Shown here piece after piece: positions 9,070-18,882 of a stretch of DNA of 64,000 nt; position 1 is the first letter of the stretch; the number at the start of each line of letters is the position of its first letter. Under the pieces are notes generated by a model, which had not been told where the DNA came from, did no database searches, and saw nothing but the letters and a program-made list of their open reading frames with translations. Both the position numbers and the translations under genes were made by a program. Origin of the DNA: Planctomycetota bacterium. Lineage in GTDB: Bacteria; Planctomycetota; Planctomycetia; Pirellulales; Pirellulaceae. The stretch spans positions 5,945-69,944 of the forward strand of contig JAPLNM010000181.1 in assembly GCA_026692845.1 (NCBI GenBank). Direction: 5' to 3'.

Positions 9070-11997
9070 TCAATTGTCAAACAGTGTGCGTTGGGTGGCG
9101 GTCGGTTCTTTGGCGGCGGCGGATTCGATTCCGGACCAGGAGGTGACGACTTCGTTGTAGGCGCGGGCGTCTTCGGCCCAGTTCTTGCGCTCGCAGAGCG
9201 TGTAAAGCCGGTATGCGAGTTGGCGGGCGGCTTCGGCTTTGGACTGAACAGCGGCAAAGACAGCCGCCGCTCCCGTTTCGCCGTCGGTGTTGAAGACGCG
9301 GATCAGTTGGTGCAGGACTTCCCAAATTGGAAGCCGTTGATCGGCTTGCGGGTCCCAGTCACTCGGATACTCAGCCCATTTCAGCAGACGAACATTCCCG
9401 CCCGCCGCGTGGAGCACTCCTGCCTGCTTTACGCCGTCGACGCTGGTTCCTTTAGATCGGGCAAGTACATCCGCCTCGCCGAAGTTGCCTGTCTCCCAGC
9501 CATATTGCTCGAACCAGTGCAAACAGAACTGTGTATCAGCGTCGAAGTCATCTTCTGCAAGGAATCGATTAATAAGTTGGAGTGCAGTGTGTACAGTCAT
9601 CGGAGTTCCGTCAGCCTCTAGCACTGCTGAGTATTTTGAAAAGACTGCCATGCCCGGACCGATGATTGCTTGGGAAAGGTCGACCGGCGCGACGGGCGAA
9701 TGTAGGCCCTCACTCTCCCGAGTCATGGCATCTAACGCAATTGGAAGAGTGGCATTCAGCTCTCGTATGAAATGGCGTCGGGAAATTGAATCAGCCCCAG
9801 GCTTTCGCCGTTGACACACAAGCACTATTGATGACGCGAGAGCATTCGAGTCCATGCCACGCATTCGACTAGAATTTTCAGTTCTTACGGGCCATGTGCC
9901 GGTAATATGCAAACCAGAGCTAAGCACAGCTTCGAGAAACGTCTCCCATCCTGTACTGTTCGTTCCAGCAGCTTCCGTTTCAGATTGTTTGAATGCGTAG
10001 AATATGGTTACAGGAAACGCGGGATGTGACTGAGCAGCCAGTCTTCGCATTACCAGCGTCATTCCGCTCAAAAAGAATTGCTCGGCCTTCTCTTTCGTTC
10101 CGTGTCGGTATGTTACGGCGACAAGTTCCTCGGCTTTTGGGACAGCGATCGTAGCGAGTAGTTCAGGAAAGACTTCGCGAAGAGAGCGCCTGAGCCAGAT
10201 GTAAAAGAAGTCAGATAAGTCGGCATAGCCAATATTGTCATAATAAGGCGGATCAGTTGAGATAACCTTACCACATGAAATATTTTGGGTTGAAGCATCC
10301 GCCTGCTGCGCCAAGCCGATTGACTTTGCGGACACACCTCCAAACGCATTTGCGAAAGCATTCGAAATGCCGTTTACGAAAACGGCCCAAGAGCCGGACG
10401 AATCACCAAGCGGGTTCCCCTCGGCGAAGTCCCAGATGATTGGGATGGCTTGCCTTCCAAAGAGATTTCGTGGGCATTGCGCGATCGGCTCCCATCGGCA
10501 AAGGCTATTTGCCAAGTCAGCTTGCTTGCTCAGGACGAATGCAAGATACACACTAATTGCTTCGGCATAGGCTCTTGCACCATTGCCATGATGCCCGAGT
10601 GCTTGATCATCGTCGGCGAAGCCGGCGGAGATAGCGTCCGCGCAGATCTTTGTACGCGATTCGCTCACGAGATCACTGAGAGTTATCAAGGCCTTTAGCT
10701 GGCGTGACGTAAACAACTGATCGAATCGGGTCATGCCATAGAGTAGGCATGTCATAGGTCGTGGATCGTTTGCAATTTGAACTCTAATTGAATCAACCCC
10801 AGCACCAGGGGATGCTGCCTTTGCAATCTCTTCGTGCTCGGCAGTTGGCGAGTGATAAACACGACCGCTCGTGCCTTCAGCCACGATTGCCATAAGCTTT
10901 GCACCCATGCGGCCTGCGGCCGCCTCTGCTTTAATATATTCTGGTTCAATTGCGGCTTGGGACATGACGCAGCGAAAGTTTGCGCCTCTAGCAGCCTTTG
11001 TCCCGGTCTTAGCTTCGACCGGTGGTTTGCCGGTTCTAACGGCAAAGTGATAACATCCCTGCGCAATCACTGGCTCGACGTAACTCTCCTTACCCGGCTT
11101 GCTGCAAAGGATAAAAGAACTAGCAAGAGGCACATCAATGTGCGAAAACGCAGGGTTCGGGCTCTTGACGGTTCTGGCCCAAAGCCAAGCAATGACGTTC
11201 AGCTTCCTGCCCTCATACGATTTTAGATCTGGGCGATCTTTCACAGTATGACTTGTGATGGCAAGGGGCGGATAGAGACTGCCGATGCGCTTCTTTGCTT
11301 CGTCTAATATCCACTGGCCGTAGTAACGCAGATCTTCCGCAATACCCTCCGCTCCCCTCCGATCACCTGCAATTAATAGCTCGGCGTTCCGCGACTGAGC
11401 GTTCACCGGTGGCCTTCCAGCAAATCTCGGCGGAATCTCAATCATTGCTTTGTTAATGAGTACGGAAACAGGATTCAGGTCGGAGGCGTACGCATCGATC
11501 CCAAGGCGATGCGCTTCAAGGGGAATAGCTCCGCCGCCTGCGAATGGATCATGCAATCCAGGAAGCTTGTCAGCGTCAAACAGTTCCTTAGCGAGTGGGT
11601 GTTCCTTATTGAGTTCACACGTCTCTCGCCAGCTTTGGCGGATCGCATCGCGCGCCTTTTTTAGAAATGTCTCGTTTGTAGTGTTTTCCCATTTCACCAG
11701 CTCTTCGATGATTTCAAAGAGTCGGGCACGGGCTTTTGTCCAATGTCCTTTGACCTGCTGGTTTGGTTCGTTCCCCGGGTTTTGGCATCGCCAAAGATCC
11801 TCAGGGTCATTCACCAGCTGTGAGAAGATCACTGCTCGCGCCGCCGCGAGTGGGCGACGCGCCCACCAAAGATGCAACGAACTTGGATGGCCCTGCCTAA
11901 TGGATTTTTCCCGAGCCGACGCTTCGTTTATTGCGTCCAGCGGCAATGCAACTTCGATCAACTTCTTCGGCGAGATAACGGGATGATTAACGGTCAT
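9070..11997 (-). CDS. DUF1156-family DNA methyltransferase (DPPY motif; N6-adenine or N4-cytosine type)
   Basis: N-terminal DUF1156 signature [40 protein letters not shown]. Putative SAM-binding segment [13 protein letters not shown]. Catalytic motif [27 protein letters not shown] overlap with the helicase stop. Confidence 0.9.
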   Translation of the reverse strand: MTVNHPVISPKKLIEVALPLDAINEASAREKSIRQGHPSSLHLWWARRPLAAARAVIFSQLVNDPEDLWRCQNPGNEPNQQVKGHWTKARARLFEIIEELVKWENTTNETFLKKARDAIRQSWRETCELNKEHPLAKELFDADKLPGLHDPFAGGGAIPLEAHRLGIDAYASDLNPVSVLINKAMIEIPPRFAGRPPVNAQSRNAELLIAGDRRGAEGIAEDLRYYGQWILDEAKKRIGSLYPPLAITSHTVKDRPDLKSYEGRKLNVIAWLWARTVKSPNPAFSHIDVPLASSFILCSKPGKESYVEPVIAQGCYHFAVRTGKPPVEAKTGTKAARGANFRCVMSQAAIEPEYIKAEAAAGRMGAKLMAIVAEGTSGRVYHSPTAEHEEIAKAASPGAGVDSIRVQIANDPRPMTCLLYGMTRFDQLFTSRQLKALITLSDLVSESRTKICADAISAGFADDDQALGHHGNGARAYAEAISVYLAFVLSKQADLANSLCRWEPIAQCPRNLFGRQAIPIIWDFAEGNPLGDSSGSWAVFVNGISNAFANAFGGVSAKSIGLAQQADASTQNISCGKVISTDPPYYDNIGYADLSDFFYIWLRRSLREVFPELLATIAVPKAEELVAVTYRHGTKEKAEQFFLSGMTLVMRRLAAQSHPAFPVTIFYAFKQSETEAAGTNSTGWETFLEAVLSSGLHITGTWPVRTENSSRMRGMDSNALASSIVLVCQRRKPGADSISRRHFIRELNATLPIALDAMTRESEGLHSPVAPVDLSQAIIGPGMAVFSKYSAVLEADGTPMTVHTALQLINRFLAEDDFDADTQFCLHWFEQYGWETGNFGEADVLARSKGTSVDGVKQAGVLHAAGGNVRLLKWAEYPSDWDPQADQRLPIWEVLHQLIRVFNTDGETGAAAVFAAVQSKAEAARQLAYRLYTLCERKNWAEDARAYNEVVTSWSGIESAAAKEPTATQRTLFDN

Positions 11998-14900
11998 CGT
12001 GACTCGCCTTTCTGAAGCAGATCGCTCAGGTTGTAATTGATCGAGGAAACGCCCCAGCCGGGCTCGCGGTCGAACGGGCGTCGAATGTAGTACGGCCCTT
12101 CGTGGCTGTCGTCTTCGTTGACCAGGACGATAGCCAGCACGAACTTGTCGCCTTGATTGAAGGCGTAGAGCATCTCATTGCGGGTGACGGTAATCGTGGC
12201 TGCCCCTTTGATGCGTCCCTTGACCTCAATGTGACGCGGGTCCGGTTGCTTTTGTTCGATGGCTGGCGGATGCGATGTCAGATCCCAGCCGCATTTGTCA
12301 GCGGACACATCGACAACGTGGCAGCCTTGGGATTCTTCAGTGTGCCGGACGGCGTCCATCGCGATGCGTTCGATACGGCTGCGAGCGATTGGATCGGCTG
12401 AGAAGCTGGACGAGGATTCTTCCTCGCCGCGAACCCGACGCATCAAGCCAGCCGGAACGACCAGAGCACCACCGAGGACAATCGGTGTGCCGTTAACAAC
12501 GTGACGCATCGACTGGAGTTCCTTCCTGCGATTCTCCAACCGACCTTCGAGATCGGTGACGGTGCGGCGGGCGTTCTCCACGTTCAAACGCACATCCTTG
12601 CCCGCTTCCTGGTCTTCCTTCAGCTTGAGCCAACGATCCGACCAGAATTCAATCTCGCGACTCAATCGCTCATGAACGGCTGCCAGCGTCTTGTCGACAT
12701 GGGCCACGCGACGGTCGTTTACTTCGCGGAAGTGTTCTGGAACGATCGATGTGGCAGCCAGCGCCACAGCACGTTGTTCCTGGTCGGCCCGAATCCATGG
12801 CGCATCGAGAACGTCTTTGATGAGCGATCGCTCTGAATCGGCCAGTGGCTCCAAGTCGAGATGCGGTGCCCAGCCTGCGAACGAAGTTGAGCCATCGGGG
12901 TTGACTCGCACAAACTGCAATCGCTTGGAGAGGACTTGCCCATCGCCTGATTTCACTTCGTGCGTGACGAGGAACATGAGCCACGGCTCGACGCCATCAT
13001 CGGCGGGGTCAATCAGCACCGTTCCTTGACGCAGGAGGTTGGCATGCTGCTCCAGCAGCAAGTCACTGACGGCGAGCATCAACGGATGACCGGGATGCAT
13101 CAGGACGGCGCGGGAGATTCCTGGTTTATCAGACGGTTGCAAGGCATCCTTTTCAAAGCAGATGCGATCGTAGCGTTTCAACACCGGCTCTTGTTCGCGG
13201 CGATTGCGGCCGGTGATCCGGCGATCACGCTCGCGAATGGATGTGGGGACGTGGGTGACCTCGAACCGTCCCAGCTCGCGTGGATAGATCGAACCGCCGA
13301 TTTGCTCAAAGGCCTTTAGGAAGAACGATCGCACGAAGTAGGGTTGCAGGCGGCGTGCTTCGGCCTTCTCCATTTCTCCCTTCACGGCATACAGCCGGTC
13401 GGCACTCATCGTCTCTTGCGCGAGTGCGTTTCGGTTGAGAAGGGATTTCAAATGGTTGTGATCGAGAGCTTGGTCGATCTTGCGCGAGAGTCGAGACCGC
13501 ACTTCGGGTTGATCGCCGTAGCGAATGGCTTGAATCAGCAAATCCTTCAAGCTGGTTTCTTCGAAGACTTCGCCCAGGATGTCGAACACACGACCTTTCA
13601 AAGCGTCGCTTTCGACTTCCAATTTTTCCAGCAGCCGATGGTAAACGTCGCCTTCGCGTGTCTCTTTTGCCACGAGGTTCCAAAGATGGCAAACCTCGAC
13701 TTGTCCGATTCGGTGAATACGACCGAATCGTTGTTCCAGCCGATTGGGGTTCCACGGGAGATCGTAGTTGACCATCAGGTTGGCACATTGCAGGTTCACA
13801 CCTTCGCCCGCTGCATCGGTAGCGACCAGCACACGGACATCGGGATCGGAACGAAACAATGCCTGAATCTTACGTCGTTCGTCGCGATGCGTTCCGCCAT
13901 GAATCGTGACGACCGCTTCATGATTGCCGATCACGCCAGCAATCTTTTCATGGAGATAATTGAGCGTGTCGCGATGCTCGGAAAAGATGATCAACTTGCG
14001 TTGGCGACCGGATGCATCGCGCATCTCAGGTGCGTTTTGCAGGATCTTGGAGAGTTCGTCCCATTTGCGATCCTGGCCCGATGCGACCACGGTCTTGGCT
14101 TGGGCCTCAAGGCCTTTGAGAATGACGATCTCAGCCTCAAGCTCGTTGATGCTGCGGGCGGCCGTGGCATCATCGACGAGGGTCTCTTCCAGGTTTTCTT
14201 GTTCTTCGGCATTGAGATCGTCGTCATCCTCGGGAACGTCCGCCAATGTATCGGCGAGTACTTGGCGGCCCCGAATGCCGAGCTTCTCTTCACGTAGTCG
14301 GCTTTCGAGACGTTCCTTGCGGCGGCGCAGCGATTGGTAGATGGCTTCTGGACTAGAGGCGAGTCGTCGCTGAAGTGCGGTAAGTGCGAAACCAACCGAT
14401 CCCTTACGAGAGCCGGTCAACTCGTCGGCCTTGCCCATTTCCGTTTTGACGTAGTCCGTGACAGACTCGTACAGGCCAACTTCGATGTCGGAAAGCTTGT
14501 AGTTGACGGTGTAGGCTTTGCGTTCTGGGAACAGCGGTGTGTTGTCGAACTTGACGAGTTCTTCCTTGACCATCCGCCGCATGAGGTCAGAGCAATCAAC
14601 CTGGTGTGCCGCATCGCCCCGGAACTTGCCGTAGAAACGGTCGGAATCAAGGAGGGACAGAAATAGTTGGAAGTCCTCGTCTTTGCCGTTGTGGGGAGTC
14701 GCTGTCATCAAAAGCAGGTGGCGAGTTCGTTCACCAACTCGCTCAGCCAGACGAAAGCGAGCGGTTTTTTCCAGCTTCGTTCCGAAGTAGTGTGCCGACA
14801 ACTTGTGGGCTTCGTCGAATACGACCAAATCCCAACCCGCTTCCAACAACTTGATCTGTAGATTCCCAGGCGCTCGTCCTGTGGGTGTTTGCTCTTCGGC

Positions 14901-15533
14901 CCGGGACAGCTGGTCCAAGCGAATGATCAGGTGATTATGTTCTTCAAATGGGTTGCCGCTAGGAGAGGCTTGTTCAAGCTCCGACGAATAGATGCGGAAC
15001 TCCAAGCCGAACTTTTCGTATAACTCGTCTCGCCATTGTTCCACCAAGCTACCAGGTGCCACAATCAATATGCGATGCGCATCGGCTCGCATGACGAGCT
15101 CGCGAATATAGAGGCCCGCCATGATCGTCTTGCCCGCGCCCGGATCGTCGGCCAGGACAAATCGGAGCGGCTGCCGGGGAAGCATCGATTCGTAGACGGC
15201 AGTGATTTGATGCGGCAACGGATCGACGTTTGATGTGTGGACCGCCATCATCGGATCGAACAGGAACGCGAGGTCGATGCGTTTGGCTTCGCAAGTCAAC
15301 TGAAACGCCGCGCCATCGCCATCAAACGACCACGGACGCTCGACGGTGGCGATGCTGAGATTGGCTTCGTCATCGCGGCCAAGTAGACGTTCTTTCGTGG
15401 TGCCATCGGGCGTTCGATAGAAGACCTGCACCGCACCATCACCAATCGGCACGACGGCAGCGACGGTCGCGACTGAAGCAGGCTCCAGTCCGACAAGCGG
15501 AAGTCCAGGTTTGAGGTCTTCGAGTTTGAGCAT
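11994..15533 (-). CDS. SNF2/DEAD-like superfamily-2 helicase with C-terminal DUF3883 (PD-(D/E)xK nuclease-like) domain
   Basis: Helicase motifs [20 protein letters not shown] and [11 protein letters not shown]. The C-terminal segment [16 protein letters not shown]...[23 protein letters not shown]...FVLAIVLV matches the DUF3883 pattern. Confidence 0.9.
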   Translation of the reverse strand: MLKLEDLKPGLPLVGLEPASVATVAAVVPIGDGAVQVFYRTPDGTTKERLLGRDDEANLSIATVERPWSFDGDGAAFQLTCEAKRIDLAFLFDPMMAVHTSNVDPLPHQITAVYESMLPRQPLRFVLADDPGAGKTIMAGLYIRELVMRADAHRILIVAPGSLVEQWRDELYEKFGLEFRIYSSELEQASPSGNPFEEHNHLIIRLDQLSRAEEQTPTGRAPGNLQIKLLEAGWDLVVFDEAHKLSAHYFGTKLEKTARFRLAERVGERTRHLLLMTATPHNGKDEDFQLFLSLLDSDRFYGKFRGDAAHQVDCSDLMRRMVKEELVKFDNTPLFPERKAYTVNYKLSDIEVGLYESVTDYVKTEMGKADELTGSRKGSVGFALTALQRRLASSPEAIYQSLRRRKERLESRLREEKLGIRGRQVLADTLADVPEDDDDLNAEEQENLEETLVDDATAARSINELEAEIVILKGLEAQAKTVVASGQDRKWDELSKILQNAPEMRDASGRQRKLIIFSEHRDTLNYLHEKIAGVIGNHEAVVTIHGGTHRDERRKIQALFRSDPDVRVLVATDAAGEGVNLQCANLMVNYDLPWNPNRLEQRFGRIHRIGQVEVCHLWNLVAKETREGDVYHRLLEKLEVESDALKGRVFDILGEVFEETSLKDLLIQAIRYGDQPEVRSRLSRKIDQALDHNHLKSLLNRNALAQETMSADRLYAVKGEMEKAEARRLQPYFVRSFFLKAFEQIGGSIYPRELGRFEVTHVPTSIRERDRRITGRNRREQEPVLKRYDRICFEKDALQPSDKPGISRAVLMHPGHPLMLAVSDLLLEQHANLLRQGTVLIDPADDGVEPWLMFLVTHEVKSGDGQVLSKRLQFVRVNPDGSTSFAGWAPHLDLEPLADSERSLIKDVLDAPWIRADQEQRAVALAATSIVPEHFREVNDRRVAHVDKTLAAVHERLSREIEFWSDRWLKLKEDQEAGKDVRLNVENARRTVTDLEGRLENRRKELQSMRHVVNGTPIVLGGALVVPAGLMRRVRGEEESSSSFSADPIARSRIERIAMDAVRHTEESQGCHVVDVSADKCGWDLTSHPPAIEQKQPDPRHIEVKGRIKGAATITVTRNEMLYAFNQGDKFVLAIVLVNEDDSHEGPYYIRRPFDREPGWGVSSINYNLSDLLQKGESR

Positions 15534-15546
15534 TGTTGTTTGTAAC

Positions 15547-15765
15547 TCAGACCTTTGGTTTCTTTGGCAATGGCACTGGCCGCGCCAGTGTCTTCAGGAA
15601 CTTTTCCAAATCGTCTCTCCGGAACAGCCGGTATCCGTTCGCCGGGTTCTTGTGCATGGGGATCTTGCCGTCAGTCGCCCAGGTCCGGATCGTGCCCTGC
15701 GACACCCCCAGAATCTCGGCAGCCTCGGCCACCATCACGTATTCACTTACTTTTGTTTTGGCCAT
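15547..15765 (-). CDS. excisionase/MerR-type helix-turn-helix DNA-binding protein (72 aa)
   Basis: [57 protein letters not shown] fits the excisionase-family HTH pattern. I trimmed the start from the 157-aa track ORF. Its stop lies 13 nt upstream of the helicase start. Confidence 0.7.
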   Translation of the reverse strand: MAKTKVSEYVMVAEAAEILGVSQGTIRTWATDGKIPMHKNPANGYRLFRRDDLEKFLKTLARPVPLPKKPKV

Positions 15766-16118
15766 GTGACACGCCCTCGTCCGAACGAGTGATGCTCGAC
15801 AGACGGAAGTATAGCAAACCCTACAGGCCAATGATAGCAATGCTGCATTGGCCAAGTTGCCTCGTTTCCCAGTCGGATTCTCTCTCTGAACAGCCCAGAT
15901 CCACCGCAGCAACGATGGATGTATCGGGTCAGAATCGACAGCGGCTTGGACACCTTCGGTCAAGATCACGCCTTTGCCGGGCTGAAAAATTTGCCGGAGC
16001 CCGTCAGCGTCGAGCTCCACCGGGTAGTTCAGAAGTAGGCGAACTCTCTATCCCTGTTGTCTGACGGCGATGCGACCGCGAAGCGGAACACGTTGTGGGC
16101 GTTTCTACGGACGCGACC

Positions 16119-16277
16119 ATGACGAAATTGACCGACCCCAACGAACTGAGTCGCGATGAACGAATCTGCGAACTGGCCAGCATTCTCGCGAAAGGCGTAA
16201 TCAGGCTCCTGGACGCCGCATCTTCAGGTCAGGAATCCTCAACGAAAGAGCCCCAGAGTTGCTCAATAGAGCCTTGA
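16119..16277 (+). CDS. possible small ORF (about 52 aa) upstream of the recombinase cassette
   Basis: Only ORF-track support (16095-16277) plus its position at the head of the plus-strand cassette. No motif recognised. Confidence 0.25.
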   Translation: MTKLTDPNELSRDERICELASILAKGVIRLLDAASSGQESSTKEPQSCSIEP

Positions 16278-16349
16278 TCTTTCCTCCAAAACGAGGCTCA
16301 CTGTGTCCCCGTGTTCAATATTGGCTCACGTTTTCTATGGAGGACAAGA

Positions 16350-16829
16350 ATGGTTGAAAAACAGAAACAATCAGGCGAGGCAGGCCACAGCGTGCTTCGC
16401 CAGATCAATGAGATTCAGCGGATGTCGCTGAACGAGCTTCGCAAGAAATGGGTGGATCTTTTCGGTAGCGATCCCGCCAACCTGTCAAAGCCGTATCTGG
16501 TCCGTCGCCTCGCCTACCGGGTGCAGGAGCTGACGTTGGGAGGCCTGTCGAAAGCGACTCGGGAGAAACTGGCTAGCTGGGCGGAGAACCCAAAACAGAC
16601 CGAAAAGAAAACGGTACGCGAAAAAACCTCGTTGCAGTTGGGGACGAGACTACTGCGAGATTGGCACGGCGAGAGATACGAAGTGATTGTTCAGGAGGAT
16701 GGTTTCCTTTTTCAGGGCAAGAAGTATCGCAGCCTCAGCGCGATCGCTCGATCGATCACGGGCACTCATCGCGGTGGCCGTCGCTTTTTCGGCCTGCAGC
16801 CGACCAGTAGCAAAGGCGGCTCTAAATGA
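16350..16829 (+). CDS. DUF2924-like protein (serine-recombinase-associated)
   Basis: SLNELRKKWVDLFGSDPANLSKPYLVRRLAYRVQE and WHGERYEVIVQEDGFLFQGKKYRSLSAIARSITGTHRGG resemble DUF2924. Start chosen at the ATG preceded by GGAGGA. A 4-nt overlap joins it to the recombinase gene. Confidence 0.7.
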   Translation: MVEKQKQSGEAGHSVLRQINEIQRMSLNELRKKWVDLFGSDPANLSKPYLVRRLAYRVQELTLGGLSKATREKLASWAENPKQTEKKTVREKTSLQLGTRLLRDWHGERYEVIVQEDGFLFQGKKYRSLSAIARSITGTHRGGRRFFGLQPTSSKGGSK

Positions 16830-18367
16830 TCAGTGACAAAAAGAAGATCCGCTGCGCGATCTACAGCCGCAAAAGCCATGAAGAGGGCCTCGATCAGGAC
16901 TTCAACTCGCTCGACGCCCAGCGCGCCGCCGCCGAAGCCTACGTTCAGTCGCAGGTACACGAAGGCTGGAAGTTACTGCCAACCCGCTACGACGACGGCG
17001 GGTTCTCCGGCGGGAACATGGATCGGCCGGCGCTCAATGCGCTGATCGACGACATCCGTGCCGGAAAGATCGATTGCGTGGTTGTCTACAAGGTCGACCG
17101 CCTGAGCCGATCGCTGTTGGACTTCTCAAGGCTCATCGCCTTGTTTGACGAATACCAAGTTTCGTTTGTCTCGGTCACGCAGCAGTTCAATACGACCACG
17201 TCGATGGGGCGGCTGACGCTCAACATACTCCTTTCGTTCGCCCAATTCGAACGGGAGATTATTGGCGAGCGAATCCGCGACAAGAAGCTACTCACCGCCC
17301 GCCAAGGCAAATACATCGGGGGGCAACCCAAGCTGGGAATCGATATTGTCGATCGGCGATACGCCATCAACGAAGAGGAAGCCAAGCTGGTGCGGCGCAT
17401 CTTCAAGTTGGCCGTGCAGCTCCAGTCCTGCCAGAAGATCGCTGATACGCTCAACGGCGAGGGGATTCGTTCCAAGGTCTACAACACCAAGACCGGCAAG
17501 ACATTTGGTGGAAATCTCTACTCGGGTCGCAGCGTCCACAACATTCTCACCGACGCGAAGTACATCGGCCGGATCGTTCACAAAGGTGTCAGTTACCAAG
17601 CGGAGCATCAAGCGATTATTGCCGAAAACCTGTTCGAGCAGGTCCGCAAGATTCTCGCTGCCAACCGAACCTACACCCACGAACATCAAGCGACACGATT
17701 CGCCATGTTGCGTCGTTTAATTCACTGCGGCGAGTGCGGCAGCCTGGTTCTACCCGCGTGGACGAACAACCACGGACGAGAGTATCGATACTACACCTGT
17801 TCCAAGAAGGTAAAGTCGGGCTACAAGAAGTGCTCGCTACCATCGCTGCCCGCGGGCGAGCTCGAGAAGATCGTCATCGAACAACTTCGCTCGCTTCTTC
17901 GCCACCCCGACGTGATTGCCCACACGTTCCGCGAGGTTTACGCCAGTTCGCAAAGTGGCCCGGATGCGACGACGGTATCGCGCCTTGAAGAACTACGCGG
18001 ACGTCGCCACCAAGCGGAACAGGCGGCCCGGTCACTCCTGAATCTCAACGATCCTGAGGGCCCTTTCGTTCAAACGGAGCTCAAACGAATCAACGGAGAA
18101 ATGAAATTACTTGGTGATTCCATTCGTGGGCTCGAATCGGTCCCGAATTCCGCACGAGCCGTTGAGCTATCCGAAGTCACCCAGGCACTACAGCGACTCG
18201 ATCCGGTCTGGGAAGTCCTTTACCCCAAAGAGCAATCTCGCGTTCTGGAGCTGCTCGTTGAATCAGTCACTGTTTCCAAGCACAGCGTGGACATTCATTT
18301 CCGGGCCAATGGCATTGAACAAATCGTCGACGAGTTGACACCCATGAGCGAGCGAACAGATGGCTAA
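16826..18367 (+). CDS. large serine recombinase (resolvase domain, recombinase domain and zinc-ribbon/coiled-coil)
   Basis: Catalytic N-terminus IRCAIYSRKSHEEG. Also VVVYKVDRLSRSLLDF, QFEREIIGERIRD and zinc ribbon LIHCGECGS...YYTCSKK. Confidence 0.9.
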   Translation: MISDKKKIRCAIYSRKSHEEGLDQDFNSLDAQRAAAEAYVQSQVHEGWKLLPTRYDDGGFSGGNMDRPALNALIDDIRAGKIDCVVVYKVDRLSRSLLDFSRLIALFDEYQVSFVSVTQQFNTTTSMGRLTLNILLSFAQFEREIIGERIRDKKLLTARQGKYIGGQPKLGIDIVDRRYAINEEEAKLVRRIFKLAVQLQSCQKIADTLNGEGIRSKVYNTKTGKTFGGNLYSGRSVHNILTDAKYIGRIVHKGVSYQAEHQAIIAENLFEQVRKILAANRTYTHEHQATRFAMLRRLIHCGECGSLVLPAWTNNHGREYRYYTCSKKVKSGYKKCSLPSLPAGELEKIVIEQLRSLLRHPDVIAHTFREVYASSQSGPDATTVSRLEELRGRRHQAEQAARSLLNLNDPEGPFVQTELKRINGEMKLLGDSIRGLESVPNSARAVELSEVTQALQRLDPVWEVLYPKEQSRVLELLVESVTVSKHSVDIHFRANGIEQIVDELTPMSERTDG

Positions 18368-18848
18368 AACGAAACGAACCAAAGCGAACAAATCCGACCA
18401 ATCACTTGAGGATGATTTCACCGCCGAGAACCTTGAACCCGCGTTCGCGCTGTCGGATTGCAAGATCACCGTTCGCCGGGACGGGGGCAAGGTGGTGGTG
18501 TCCGTGCCCGTCAGGTTCTATCGCCGCAACGGCCGGCAGATGATATTGGCGCAGGACGACGCTTTGAGCACCAACCAACAGGACGCTCTCTCCCCCAACA
18601 CCGCCCTCATCGTCAACTTGGCGAAGGCTTGGCTCTGGCAAGAACAGTTGGAATCCGGCGAATTTGAATCGCTGGAGGAAATCGCAACTGCAAACAACAT
18701 CGATCGAGCCCACATCAGCCGCATTCTTCAATTGACGTCATTGTCACCAGAAATGGTCGAGCAAATTATGACTGGTAATGAACCCGAAGGTTTGAGTCTC
18801 CGTCGGCTGCGAAAGGGCATTTCTGTCATTTGGAGCCAGCAGCCATAA
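18360..18848 (+). CDS. hypothetical protein with ParB-like HTH-type C-terminal segment; third gene of the recombinase cassette
   Basis: An 8-nt overlap joins it to the recombinase gene. The C-terminal segment LEEIATANNIDRAHISRILQLTSLSPEMVEQI resembles the ParB/Noc HTH region. Confidence 0.5.
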   Translation: MAKTKRTKANKSDQSLEDDFTAENLEPAFALSDCKITVRRDGGKVVVSVPVRFYRRNGRQMILAQDDALSTNQQDALSPNTALIVNLAKAWLWQEQLESGEFESLEEIATANNIDRAHISRILQLTSLSPEMVEQIMTGNEPEGLSLRRLRKGISVIWSQQP

Positions 18849-18882
18849 GTCATTCCCTGCAATGCCTCGGCGAGACTCCCGA

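Noticed and set aside
7763-14297. Large plus-strand ORFs inside the ATPase and helicase genes, for example 7763-8773 (336 aa) and 13344-14297 (317 aa).
   Set aside because: They are antisense to genes with strong motif support, and they have no motifs or start context of their own.
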